From assembly GCA_042571405.1 (NCBI GenBank), contig JBHPHU010000003.1, positions 3,838 to 67,837 on the forward strand: DNA of 64,000 nt. Direction: 5' to 3'. The notes under the pieces were generated by a model. The model had not been told where the DNA came from, did no database searches, and worked only from the letters and a program-made list of their open reading frames with translations. The first letter of the stretch is position 1, and each line of letters starts with the position of its first letter. Of the stretch, positions 54,424 through 63,122 are shown one piece after another. The stretch is from Candidatus Omnitrophota bacterium (GTDB lineage: Bacteria > Omnitrophota > Gorgyraeia > Gorgyraeales > Gorgyraeaceae). The position numbers were made by a program, and so were the translations under genes.

Positions 54424-56325
54424 ATGCAAAAAAGATTTATTAAGCTCATATCATTTGTTACGATAGTGTTTTTATATATTACTGCAGCATATCCTGCCGA
54501 GACTGAAAAATTTCCAAATATACATAAGTTAAGGCCAGCGATAGGTGGATATGAAGACATAGAGAGTCTTTATTATTCTAGTTTCAGGAAAGATCTTATC
54601 AATGGTAAGACTTTTCGCATATTTGAAGTATTTGAGACAAAATCAGGCAACCTTACCAAAGATACAGCAGTAAAATTAATTGATACGGCGCATAAATTAT
54701 ATCTTTCGCGTAGAAAGGATTTAAGAGGAAAAACAGAATTTAAGGACCTATTGGAAAAAATGGAATATATATTGCATAGCTTTATATATGGGGCCATTGC
54801 TTATGAGTTAAATCAGCGCCCTGAAGGAAATAAGGCGCTAAAAGAGATCTTTTTTTTAACTGAAAAAAGGTTAGCAGAGCCTATAATAAAAGAATATTTT
54901 GATGAATTAGATAGCATCCCGAACGAAAAAGACAAGCCTGAAAAAATAATAGAGTATCTTATTGGTAATGACGAGTATAGCATTAAAGGGTTTTTTGAAA
55001 TAGCGCTCTTAAATGCAGAATTTGTTTCTAAGAATGCTATTGCAAATCTAGAGAGCATGCTGGGCAATGACAAGAAGAACGCAATTAATAAGACGGTGAA
55101 TTCTATCATTGAATCGGTAGAAGAGATTCAAGGTTTAGAAAAACTAGAGAGAGACTCTAAAATAACTATTCAAGACGACTTAAAGAATTTTGTGGATGAC
55201 GCTATATTAAATTTTAAGCAACTCAATCATGAAGAAGTATCTAAAGCTATTCTCAATATAGACAATAAACTTGCCAGTCGTGACTTAACAGGAGACTTTC
55301 GATATTCAGATCTATATGATGAAAAGAACACATCTCTTTCATTTTTCAGATTATTGCCTGCGTTGGCGGCAGAGGCATATATAATAGATTCAACTGATAA
55401 TGAATATATAGAGTTCTTATCTGTCTTAGAAAATTCAGGCATGAAAGAACGCTACAGGAACAAGGCATTGGAAGCCCTATTGGCTTTTCAGGCATTAAAG
55501 TTAAAACAGAACAATAAACCATGCGCAGCTGTTAGGATCAGGCTTGGGTTGGGAGAGTTATGGAGCTATCTTAACAACGGCTATGTTTATAATATCAGGC
55601 ATATACCCCCTTTGCCACCCATAGTCGAGAAATTAGATAAGTTTATAGAGAGACTTTCTGTTTTAAGAGAACTGAAAGAAATACGTGGAATACCTAATGG
55701 TGTTAAAAGCAAAAAACTCATATCAGGTTACGCGCGCAAGTTAAAAAACCTGGGCATAAATATAACAGAAATTTTATACAAGAACGAGAAACAGCTTATA
55801 AGTGAGAAAAGCAGGATATTGAAACAAGTCAATTTAATAAAATTGGAAATGATAAGTAATTTCCTGCAGGATAAGTACGTAGAGACTTTGCAGTCTATGA
55901 AAGAAATGACAGAGCTTGTTAAAGCAGACATAAAAGCTGCTATGTACGTAGCTACCCCTTCAGATATTAAAAAATTATTACCGGTCTTATTGGCCCAAAG
56001 CATTATAGTAAATTCAACAGTAAAGGAGTACCGGGATTTTGTAGATACTTTGAATGTTTTTGGATATTCTAAGAATGAGGCTATGGGGGAGTTGAGAAAA
56101 TTAGTGGTTACCCAGGCATTGAAGAGCAATAATCTTCTTACTGATCCTGCCGCCGAGTTTTTAAGAATTCCAGCAATAATGTTACGTGACCTTTTAGAGG
56201 ACGAATATATCTCTATAATCTCCAATATACCTATTTCACTGGATGCTCCAAGAATAGACTTTGAACAATTAAAGGCGCACAAGATAATAAGAAACAGTAA
56301 AAACTCTACTGCATATTTCCTTTGA
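54424..56325 (+). CDS. leader-cluster protein 5: hypothetical protein with N-terminal leader + KLRPAIGGY motif
   Basis: MQKRFIKLISFVTIVFLYITAAYPAETEKFPNIHKLRPAIGGYED...; otherwise alpha-helical, no recognised domain. Confidence 0.45.
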   Translation: MQKRFIKLISFVTIVFLYITAAYPAETEKFPNIHKLRPAIGGYEDIESLYYSSFRKDLINGKTFRIFEVFETKSGNLTKDTAVKLIDTAHKLYLSRRKDLRGKTEFKDLLEKMEYILHSFIYGAIAYELNQRPEGNKALKEIFFLTEKRLAEPIIKEYFDELDSIPNEKDKPEKIIEYLIGNDEYSIKGFFEIALLNAEFVSKNAIANLESMLGNDKKNAINKTVNSIIESVEEIQGLEKLERDSKITIQDDLKNFVDDAILNFKQLNHEEVSKAILNIDNKLASRDLTGDFRYSDLYDEKNTSLSFFRLLPALAAEAYIIDSTDNEYIEFLSVLENSGMKERYRNKALEALLAFQALKLKQNNKPCAAVRIRLGLGELWSYLNNGYVYNIRHIPPLPPIVEKLDKFIERLSVLRELKEIRGIPNGVKSKKLISGYARKLKNLGINITEILYKNEKQLISEKSRILKQVNLIKLEMISNFLQDKYVETLQSMKEMTELVKADIKAAMYVATPSDIKKLLPVLLAQSIIVNSTVKEYRDFVDTLNVFGYSKNEAMGELRKLVVTQALKSNNLLTDPAAEFLRIPAIMLRDLLEDEYISIISNIPISLDAPRIDFEQLKAHKIIRNSKNSTAYFL

Positions 56326-56374
56326 TTTTTCAGAGGGATTAGGGTATATTGGGTCTGAGACAGGAGAGAGAAGC

Positions 56375-56869
56375 GTGTTTTACGAAGAGGTTTTTAGAGA
56401 GTTGAATAGAAATAGGGTGAGGTATGTTGTGGCCGGAGGTGTTGCTGTAAATCTTCATGGCGTGCCTCGGGTTACAGGGGATTTGGATCTGCTGATACAT
56501 CTGGACGAGAAGAATGTTTCTAAATTTTCCAAAACAATGAAAACGTTAGGATATAAACCTAAGGCTCCAGTCAGTATAGAAGATTTTGGTATAATAGAAA
56601 ATAGGAAAAAATGGATTGAAGAGAAAGACATGAAGGTGTTTTCTTTGTGTAATATAAAGATGCCCTATATCATAATAGATATTTTTGTTGAAAACCCTAT
56701 AGAGTTTAAGAAATTATATGATAATAGGATTAATATTTCTGTGGGTGAATTTAAGATTCCTATTGTTTCAATTGAGCATCTTATTAAGTTAAAAAAGATA
56801 GCCGGGCGTAAGCAGGATCTTTCAGATATTGTGTCTTTGAGAAGATTGAAGGAGCTGAGAAAGAGATGA
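56375..56869 (+). CDS. Pol-beta-superfamily nucleotidyltransferase (possible TA/abortive-infection-type NTase)
   Basis: YVVAGGVAVNLHGVPRVTGDLDLLI (GG...hG..R.T.DxD) NTase motif; C-terminal KLKKIAGRKQDLSDIVSL (RxKDxxD). Confidence 0.55.
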   Translation: MFYEEVFRELNRNRVRYVVAGGVAVNLHGVPRVTGDLDLLIHLDEKNVSKFSKTMKTLGYKPKAPVSIEDFGIIENRKKWIEEKDMKVFSLCNIKMPYIIIDIFVENPIEFKKLYDNRINISVGEFKIPIVSIEHLIKLKKIAGRKQDLSDIVSLRRLKELRKR

Positions 56870-57045
56870 GCGGTACAAGAAAAGGATTTAGTTATTATCT
56901 GGAAGATGATAAGATTATAGAATACCTGAAATTGCCACCGCGTGTTCGTTTAGAATGGTTAGAAGAAATATTTGAATTTAACCGTAAGGCACTAAAGGGA
57001 AAAAGAAAGAAAATCTGGCAGGCATTAAGGATGGGAGAGGTATGA
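56866..57045 (+). CDS. 59-aa ORF overlapping NTase stop and gpmA start (possible small partner protein; below ORF-track cut-off)
   Basis: ATGA overlap with NTase gene; [59 protein letters not shown]. Confidence 0.3.
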   Translation: MSGTRKGFSYYLEDDKIIEYLKLPPRVRLEWLEEIFEFNRKALKGKRKKIWQALRMGEV

Positions 57046-57797
57046 TGGAAAATATAAAATTAGTTCTGTTGCGTCACGGAGAAAGCACTTGGAATAAGGA
57101 AAATAAATTTACCGGGTGGACTGATGTGGATCTGTCAGAGAAAGGTATTGAGGAGGCCAAGGAGTCTGGCCGGGTTTTGAAAAAAGAAGGCTATGTGTTT
57201 GATGTCGCGTTTACGTCTGTGCTTAAAAGGGCCATAAGGACTTTGTGGTTTGCGTTGGATGAGATGGATCTTATGTGGATCCCTGTTTATCGTTCGTGGC
57301 GGCTTAATGAGAGGCATTATGGCGCGCTTCAAGGACTGAATAAATCAGAGACAGCCAAGAAATTCGGAGACGATCAGGTGCTTATCTGGCGTAGAAGTTA
57401 TGACATTCCTCCTGATGCATTGAAAAAAGATGATCCCAGGTATCCTGGTAATGAGCCTAGATATAAAGATCTGGATATAAAAGATGTTCCTTTAACAGAG
57501 TGTTTAAAAGATACAGTAGAGAGATTTCTGCCGTATTGGAACGAGACTATCGCGCCCACCATAAAGTCCGGCAAAAAGGTCCTTGTGGCTGCTCATGGAA
57601 ATAGCTTGAGGGCATTGGTAAAACATTTAGACAAGGTATCAGATAAGGATATAGTGAGTTTAAATATCCCTACAGGCATACCTTTAGTATATGAACTCAA
57701 TCCGGACTTGACCCCCATAAAACATTATTATCTCGGAGACCCTGATAAGATAAAAAAGGCCATGTCATCCGTGGCTAACCAGGGCAAATCCAAGTGA
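57042..57797 (+). CDS. gpmA: 2,3-bisphosphoglycerate-dependent phosphoglycerate mutase
   Basis: [29 protein letters not shown] (RHGE catalytic His motif), ...[10 protein letters not shown] second His motif. Confidence 0.95.
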   Translation: MMENIKLVLLRHGESTWNKENKFTGWTDVDLSEKGIEEAKESGRVLKKEGYVFDVAFTSVLKRAIRTLWFALDEMDLMWIPVYRSWRLNERHYGALQGLNKSETAKKFGDDQVLIWRRSYDIPPDALKKDDPRYPGNEPRYKDLDIKDVPLTECLKDTVERFLPYWNETIAPTIKSGKKVLVAAHGNSLRALVKHLDKVSDKDIVSLNIPTGIPLVYELNPDLTPIKHYYLGDPDKIKKAMSSVANQGKSK

Positions 57798-57811
57798 AAT
57801 AAGCACAAAGA

Positions 57812-57905
57812 GCCACAAGTCGTAAGCCACAAGCAACCTTGTGACTTGTGCACTTGTGGCTTGTGCACTTTTATGCACTTTTATGCCCAGTGCACTTTTA
57901 TGCCC
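57812..57905. repeat. hairpin GCCACAAGT...ACTTGTGGC followed by tandem 10-mer GCACTTTTAT x3 (imperfect) after gpmA
   Basis: gccacaagtcgtaagccacaagcaaccttgtgacttgtgcacttgtggc then gcacttttatgcacttttatgcccagtgcacttttatgccc; then promoter TTGACG-17-TATACT (57906-57934). Confidence 0.5.
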
Positions 57906-57961
57906 TTGACGGTTTGAGAATCATAGGGTATACTTCTTCGTCTAGAGAAAGGGGGTAGTTT

Positions 57962-58636
57962 ATGGATTGGAATTCTGTGGTAATGGAGCCAGTAAAAGAA
58001 ATGCTGGCGAGGGTGGCTGGATTTTTGCCTACGTTTGTAGGTGTCCTTGTAATATTGATAGCTGGATGGATCATAGCCGGGGCATTAAAGAACGTAGTAA
58101 TAAAGGTATTAAAGTTGATCCAGCTTGATACTGCAAGTGAAAAATCAGGGCTTGGCGATATTCTTCGCCGCGGCGGCATAAGGCAGACAGTTTCGGAACT
58201 CATCGGCGCACTTATCTATTGGCTTATAATGTTAATGGTATTTATGACTGCTTTGAATGCCCTTGGTATGACAGTAGCAGCGGCATTGCTGGACAAGGTA
58301 ATTCTTTATATACCTAACGTTATAGCAGCGATGTTTATTTTGTCTCTTGGTATATTTTTCTCCAGCATGATCGGTACTATAGTGCGTACCGCTTCTAGTA
58401 ACGCTGGTATTACACAGGCAAAATTTCTTGGTCAGCTCACGCAGACAGTGATTATGATATTTGCTGCCATAATAACACTTGAGCAGTTAAATATCGCTTC
58501 CAGCGTGTTGAATCTCACTATCAATATCATTCTTGCTTCACTGGGCTTGGCTCTGGCTATAGCAGTAGGCCTGGGTTCAAAAGATATTGCTGGTAAGATG
58601 ATGCAGGAACTTGTAAATAAGATGAAAGGCAAATAA
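57962..58636 (+). CDS. membrane protein with 'conserved TM helix' repeats (MscS-related small-conductance channel-like)
   Basis: 224 aa, 5-6 TM, Gly/Ala-rich helices typical of MscS-N-terminal-like 'TM_helix' family. Confidence 0.45.
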   Translation: MDWNSVVMEPVKEMLARVAGFLPTFVGVLVILIAGWIIAGALKNVVIKVLKLIQLDTASEKSGLGDILRRGGIRQTVSELIGALIYWLIMLMVFMTALNALGMTVAAALLDKVILYIPNVIAAMFILSLGIFFSSMIGTIVRTASSNAGITQAKFLGQLTQTVIMIFAAIITLEQLNIASSVLNLTINIILASLGLALAIAVGLGSKDIAGKMMQELVNKMKGK

Positions 58637-58647
58637 CGCAGATTCTC

Positions 58648-58694
58648 GCCCCGTACTAAAATTATTAATTTGTTAAATTTTGGTACGGGGCTCG
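58648..58694. repeat. C-family hairpin GCCCCGTAC-loop(25 nt AT-rich)-GTACGGGGC
   Basis: Same 9-bp stem as 6371-6404 and 12674-12700. Confidence 0.55.
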
Positions 58695-58720
58695 CGACTC
58701 TAACGTGAATTGATTGGATG

Positions 58721-58751
58721 CCCTGTCCGCCTTAGGCGGACAGGGCTTTTT
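58721..58751 (+). terminator. rho-independent terminator CCCTGTCCGCC-TTAG-GCGGACAGGG + CTTTTTG
   Basis: 11-bp GC stem, 4-nt loop, T-run; followed by TTGACA promoter (58753) for next gene. Confidence 0.8.
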
Positions 58752-58789
58752 GTTGACACGATAATAAGACTTCTATACAATAAAACGTA

Positions 58790-61700
58790 ATGAGAGAAGA
58801 TAAAGGCATTGCTTTAATCCTGGTTGTAAGTGTTTTGGCTGTGGCTGGCATAATGGCAGTGTCTTTTGCCTTTACCATGCGGCTGGAACTAAAGTCCGCG
58901 AATAATTATTTCGAGGCCACAAGGGCGTCTTATCTGGCAGAGGCAGGTATCAGTTATGCGCAGTCGATCCTAAAAGAAGACGAGAGAGGAATCGATAGCT
59001 TTGAAGATAAATGGCATACTATTTTTTCAGGAGCGGATGTTGATAATGACGGAGATGAAGAGCTGGATTCAAAATGGATATATGTCTACAATGACCTGGA
59101 TGAGCCGGTAGGCCGTTACGCGGTTTTGGTAAGGGACCAGACAAGTCTTTTAAACATAAATATTGCTACAAAACATAATATCTCTCCGCTGAAGACCACG
59201 GAAGGATGGACGCCGTACGAACTGGACCTGCAGAAATTCCTTGCCTCTTTTGAGATGGATGATTCTCAAAAAGCCTACGAGGAGATACTAGACTTTAGAT
59301 ATGGTTTTGATGGTGAGCCAGGCGCCTCAGGCGTAGACGATAATCAAAACCAGAGGGTTCTTTCCTCAGACGGCATAGACAATAATGCCGACGGCATTAT
59401 TGATGAGGCAGGCGAGGGCATTGACGAGCCAATGGAATTTACAGCGGATGTTCCTTTTGGTGACGATAGCGCATTCCAGACGCCGTTCGAGCTAGCTAAG
59501 ATAAGTTCTGTTCCAAAGGATGTCTTCAAAAAGATATACGCCTATATAACTTCATATTCTGTTGACAAAAATCTTGATGTGGAAGGCCGCATAAGAGAGA
59601 ATATAAATTTTATGGATGCCGCGACACTGGCAATACTTCTGGAGGATGCAGGCGTAAGTGATCCATTCCAGAAGGCAGTCAATATAATGGACGCGTGCGA
59701 CGAGGATTTTAGCCAGAGTATTATAACAAAGCTATACAACAGGATAGCAGCTGTTAATAGAGGCCCGGTGGGTGACTGGACCTGGAAGAGCGGGCATTAT
59801 GAGAGTGATATAAGTAATGGAAAGTCACTTACTATCTCATGGATTAATGTGCCGGAGGGAGAATATTACATAGGTGTCTTTGGCGTGGAGGATGAATTAG
59901 TAGGGGACGTTACGATTAATAATATGACCCAAGCTTCAGTAAAACATGGAGAGATCTTGAGGTTCGGCGCTATTGCGTTTGAGAACAAGACATTGAACTT
60001 GAAGGTTACAGGCGCGCAGGGGGACAAGACATGTTATTTTTCGCACATAGAATTATATCCAAGGCTTGGCCAGGAAGATTTTAGTTCTGTTGAGATAAGG
60101 GGCGTGGAAGGCATAAGGATAAATGAGATAATGGTAAAGCCGATTCTGACCAGGGCTGTTTTTGAAGGACAGGATCCTGGCGGTGACTGGTCGTGGCAGG
60201 GCAGCTCTTGCTATAATGATTACCCTAATGGCGGCAAGTCAGGCGAAGGGTCTTGGAAGTGGGAAGATATTCCCGACGGAGATTATTACGTCCGCCTGTT
60301 TGCGGACGGGTCAGGCCAGTATGTAGGGGATGTAGAGATAAACGGCGCGCATTCAAGGGATATGGTAGACGGAAATCTGTTTGGCGGAGGAAAAACAGTA
60401 ACTGTTTCAGGTAAGAAGCTTATCGTCAGGATACAGAATAATCGTCCCTCTGGTTCAACATCTTTTAGGTCAATCGAATTGAGTCAGGAGCCGGATGGAG
60501 AATATATAGAGTTAGTAAATCTTACTCCCAGAGAGGTAAATCTGGGCGGATGGAGTGTTGAGGGTCCCAGCAAAGAAAGCTGGCCTGCTGCTATTCCTCT
60601 TGGGACTGTTATTGGGCCTGATGAGCATCTTGCGCTTTGCGTTGACAAAGATGATTCACAGGCAGGTATCAATAATAATGATATATCGTTCATATCTATA
60701 TGGGGACAAGAGAGATCACAGGAGCTTCATTTTTTAAAGGCAGTAACGCCTGAGTCAGATCTGCTTTCCAATGAGAGTGAGCCAGGAGGAAATATCATTA
60801 CCCTCAAAGACTCTATGGGGCATATTGTTGATCAAGTAGAGTATTTTGTAAACGGTATCAGTGAGATGAAAAGCCTGGAGCGTTCAGACCCGAGCTATGT
60901 CTTGGATTCAAATTCTAACGGAGTGCCGGATAACTGGTATTTGTCCGGGGCAGAAAATGGCGCAACACCAGGCCTGCCCAATAATAATGATGGCATGAAA
61001 GAGGAGATAGTAGAGGGAGACGTGGTAGTAGATACCATAGAACATGATATTACGGAAGTAGAAGTGAAAAATAAAAATTTTTCTTCGGTTGGCGAGCTTG
61101 CGTTTACGTCTCTGGGCAGCGAGGAATGGAAGAGTATAGCGTTCGAGGATGTTTCTAAAGTAGCTGACAGGTTAACCGTGTTTGGTATAAGACTGGAGGC
61201 AGAAGGCCATATTGTCTCTGGTGAAGATGGCGGATGGGGTATTGTGCAGAGAGCGTCTCCTTTTACAGATCATTTTGAAAGCGGCGGCCTGGATGAGATC
61301 GGCACGTGGCGCTGGGAAGAAAAAGACGGGATCAAGGACGGTTATTATACATTAAGGATATTTGGTCAGGAGGAAGAGGAAATAGCAGTGTCTTTGCGCC
61401 TGGCAGATGACACATGGACGAGCTTTACGCCGCCTCTTAGTCCGGGCCCTGACGGAAGCATACTTTTTGGAAGCATAGAGGTCGGAACAGAGAGCGATAT
61501 ATCAGCTCCTAAGGGTATACTGGAACTAAAGGTAAAGAATGTTTCCAAGACCGCTGCCGCGCATTTTGATTTTATAAGATTAGACCCTGTGAATTCTATT
61601 GATGGAAAGATAAATATAAATACCGCGTCGAAAAAAGTGCTCAGCGTATTGCCTGGTATGGATGAGAGCGCAGCGGATAAGATTATATCTAACAGGGTGT

Positions 61701-61915
61701 ACGGGAATAGGAATGGTTTGCGGCTGGGTATAGGCGATCTGATCTCAGGTGACGCGCTTGGCTCTGAAGACGCGGAGAAAAGAGAAAAATTCAAGCAGAT
61801 CTCAAACCTTGTGACAGTACACTCTGACATCTACAGGATCATAGTGACCGGCCAGACATTGGATAATGGCAAGGTACTGGCAGAGAAGAAGATATGGGCA
61901 GTGTTTGAGAGGTAA
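58790..61915 (+). CDS. giant GspK-like minor pseudopilin (T2SS/T4P) with three internal ~70-aa repeats and C-terminal tandem HhH domains
   Basis: N-terminus MREDKG|IALILVVSVLAVAGIMAVSFAF (prepilin-like, no Glu+5 as in GspK); C-terminal INTASKKVLSVLPGMDESAADKIISNR HhH; central repeats GDWTW...EGEYYIGVFG / GDWSWQG...DGDYYVRLFADG / GTWRWEE...DGYYTLRIFGQ. Confidence 0.55.
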   Translation: MREDKGIALILVVSVLAVAGIMAVSFAFTMRLELKSANNYFEATRASYLAEAGISYAQSILKEDERGIDSFEDKWHTIFSGADVDNDGDEELDSKWIYVYNDLDEPVGRYAVLVRDQTSLLNINIATKHNISPLKTTEGWTPYELDLQKFLASFEMDDSQKAYEEILDFRYGFDGEPGASGVDDNQNQRVLSSDGIDNNADGIIDEAGEGIDEPMEFTADVPFGDDSAFQTPFELAKISSVPKDVFKKIYAYITSYSVDKNLDVEGRIRENINFMDAATLAILLEDAGVSDPFQKAVNIMDACDEDFSQSIITKLYNRIAAVNRGPVGDWTWKSGHYESDISNGKSLTISWINVPEGEYYIGVFGVEDELVGDVTINNMTQASVKHGEILRFGAIAFENKTLNLKVTGAQGDKTCYFSHIELYPRLGQEDFSSVEIRGVEGIRINEIMVKPILTRAVFEGQDPGGDWSWQGSSCYNDYPNGGKSGEGSWKWEDIPDGDYYVRLFADGSGQYVGDVEINGAHSRDMVDGNLFGGGKTVTVSGKKLIVRIQNNRPSGSTSFRSIELSQEPDGEYIELVNLTPREVNLGGWSVEGPSKESWPAAIPLGTVIGPDEHLALCVDKDDSQAGINNNDISFISIWGQERSQELHFLKAVTPESDLLSNESEPGGNIITLKDSMGHIVDQVEYFVNGISEMKSLERSDPSYVLDSNSNGVPDNWYLSGAENGATPGLPNNNDGMKEEIVEGDVVVDTIEHDITEVEVKNKNFSSVGELAFTSLGSEEWKSIAFEDVSKVADRLTVFGIRLEAEGHIVSGEDGGWGIVQRASPFTDHFESGGLDEIGTWRWEEKDGIKDGYYTLRIFGQEEEEIAVSLRLADDTWTSFTPPLSPGPDGSILFGSIEVGTESDISAPKGILELKVKNVSKTAAAHFDFIRLDPVNSIDGKININTASKKVLSVLPGMDESAADKIISNRVYGNRNGLRLGIGDLISGDALGSEDAEKREKFKQISNLVTVHSDIYRIIVTGQTLDNGKVLAEKKIWAVFER

Positions 61916-62031
61916 CCCCAGGTCTTTGATGGTAATCAATGTTTACCTTGACATTGCCTTATTTATATAGTATACTTGTTGTAGATTATAAAAGTATTTT
62001 TTAAGTGAATTCTTGTAAATAGGAGATAGAT

Positions 62032-63054
62032 ATGAGCGTAAAGAAAGCCATAAGCATAAGTGTGTGTATTTTCTTGTTTGCATCAATACAGGGTAAGGCC
62101 CTTGCTTCCTCTCATACGCATACTAAAAACAGCAATTCCACCTTACGCCCTCAGTTGGCTTTTAAGGCTGAAAATGACCCAAGAAACAGAACTTTAGAAC
62201 AAGATCTCGTTGAGCTTATAGCAGGCTTTGATCTGAAGGATGGCTTCACTAAGGGTGCGAATTTTGTCTTACTAAAATATAGCCACTATGCTGCAATATC
62301 ATATAAGGTTACGAAAAATACTGTTTATCTTTTTTTTATATATAAAGATCTTTCTGAGCAAACCATTTTAAAACTAGATAAAAAATATATAAATAAATCG
62401 CAAGCATATTCTGAAGTCAAATTTATACAGACCAAAGAATACGCTGAAGTGCCTGGAGCGAGCAGGTCTATAATTATGCCTAGGACATTTATTGTTGATG
62501 GTGAATTCGATGAATCACCCACAGGGAAGACAATCAATATGATTCTTGATCCTCTAGAATTATGGAAGTATCTTTCCTCACCCAATTTTGTAGAAAGCAT
62601 AAATCTTAGTGCCGAAAATAGAATATATCTTCTAGTAGGTAATACCTATCATAGTGTAGACATGGCTACACTTAAAGCCTTGGAAAAATTAGAAGTTATT
62701 AACATAATTTATGCCGGGGATAAAGGAGAAAAAATTGTAGGATTTGTCATGTCTCTTCAGAGTACAGATGTTCAGGATTATGTGGTGGATAGCATTATAG
62801 AAGCGTTAAAAGCTGAGAACCGATACTTAGCTACAGATGACTTAGGCGAAGATAGTATTATTCAGCTAAAAAAAATAATAAAATATACTTTAAATTTAGA
62901 CGCAGGTTCCGAGGCTAATTTGGAACTTGGCATAAGTGATGAAATCTATAGCCAGACATATTACCCTTCTTTGAATAGCTGGCTCATTCTTCGTGGTCTT
63001 GGTGCCTCGCTAACTAAGGAAGCACAGATCCCTGAGACACTCTCAGATCTTTAA
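62032..63054 (+). CDS. secreted hypothetical protein with signal peptide + TLRPQLAF motif
   Basis: MSVKKAISISVCIFLFASIQGKALASSHTHTKNSNSTLRPQLAFKAE...; same LRPxxxF motif as leader-cluster proteins. Confidence 0.45.
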   Translation: MSVKKAISISVCIFLFASIQGKALASSHTHTKNSNSTLRPQLAFKAENDPRNRTLEQDLVELIAGFDLKDGFTKGANFVLLKYSHYAAISYKVTKNTVYLFFIYKDLSEQTILKLDKKYINKSQAYSEVKFIQTKEYAEVPGASRSIIMPRTFIVDGEFDESPTGKTINMILDPLELWKYLSSPNFVESINLSAENRIYLLVGNTYHSVDMATLKALEKLEVINIIYAGDKGEKIVGFVMSLQSTDVQDYVVDSIIEALKAENRYLATDDLGEDSIIQLKKIIKYTLNLDAGSEANLELGISDEIYSQTYYPSLNSWLILRGLGASLTKEAQIPETLSDL

Positions 63055-63122
63055 AATACAATTGGCAATAGACCAATAAAAATTTACTTGATTGTTTTAA
63101 AGAGGCCTAGTATACTGAAAAT

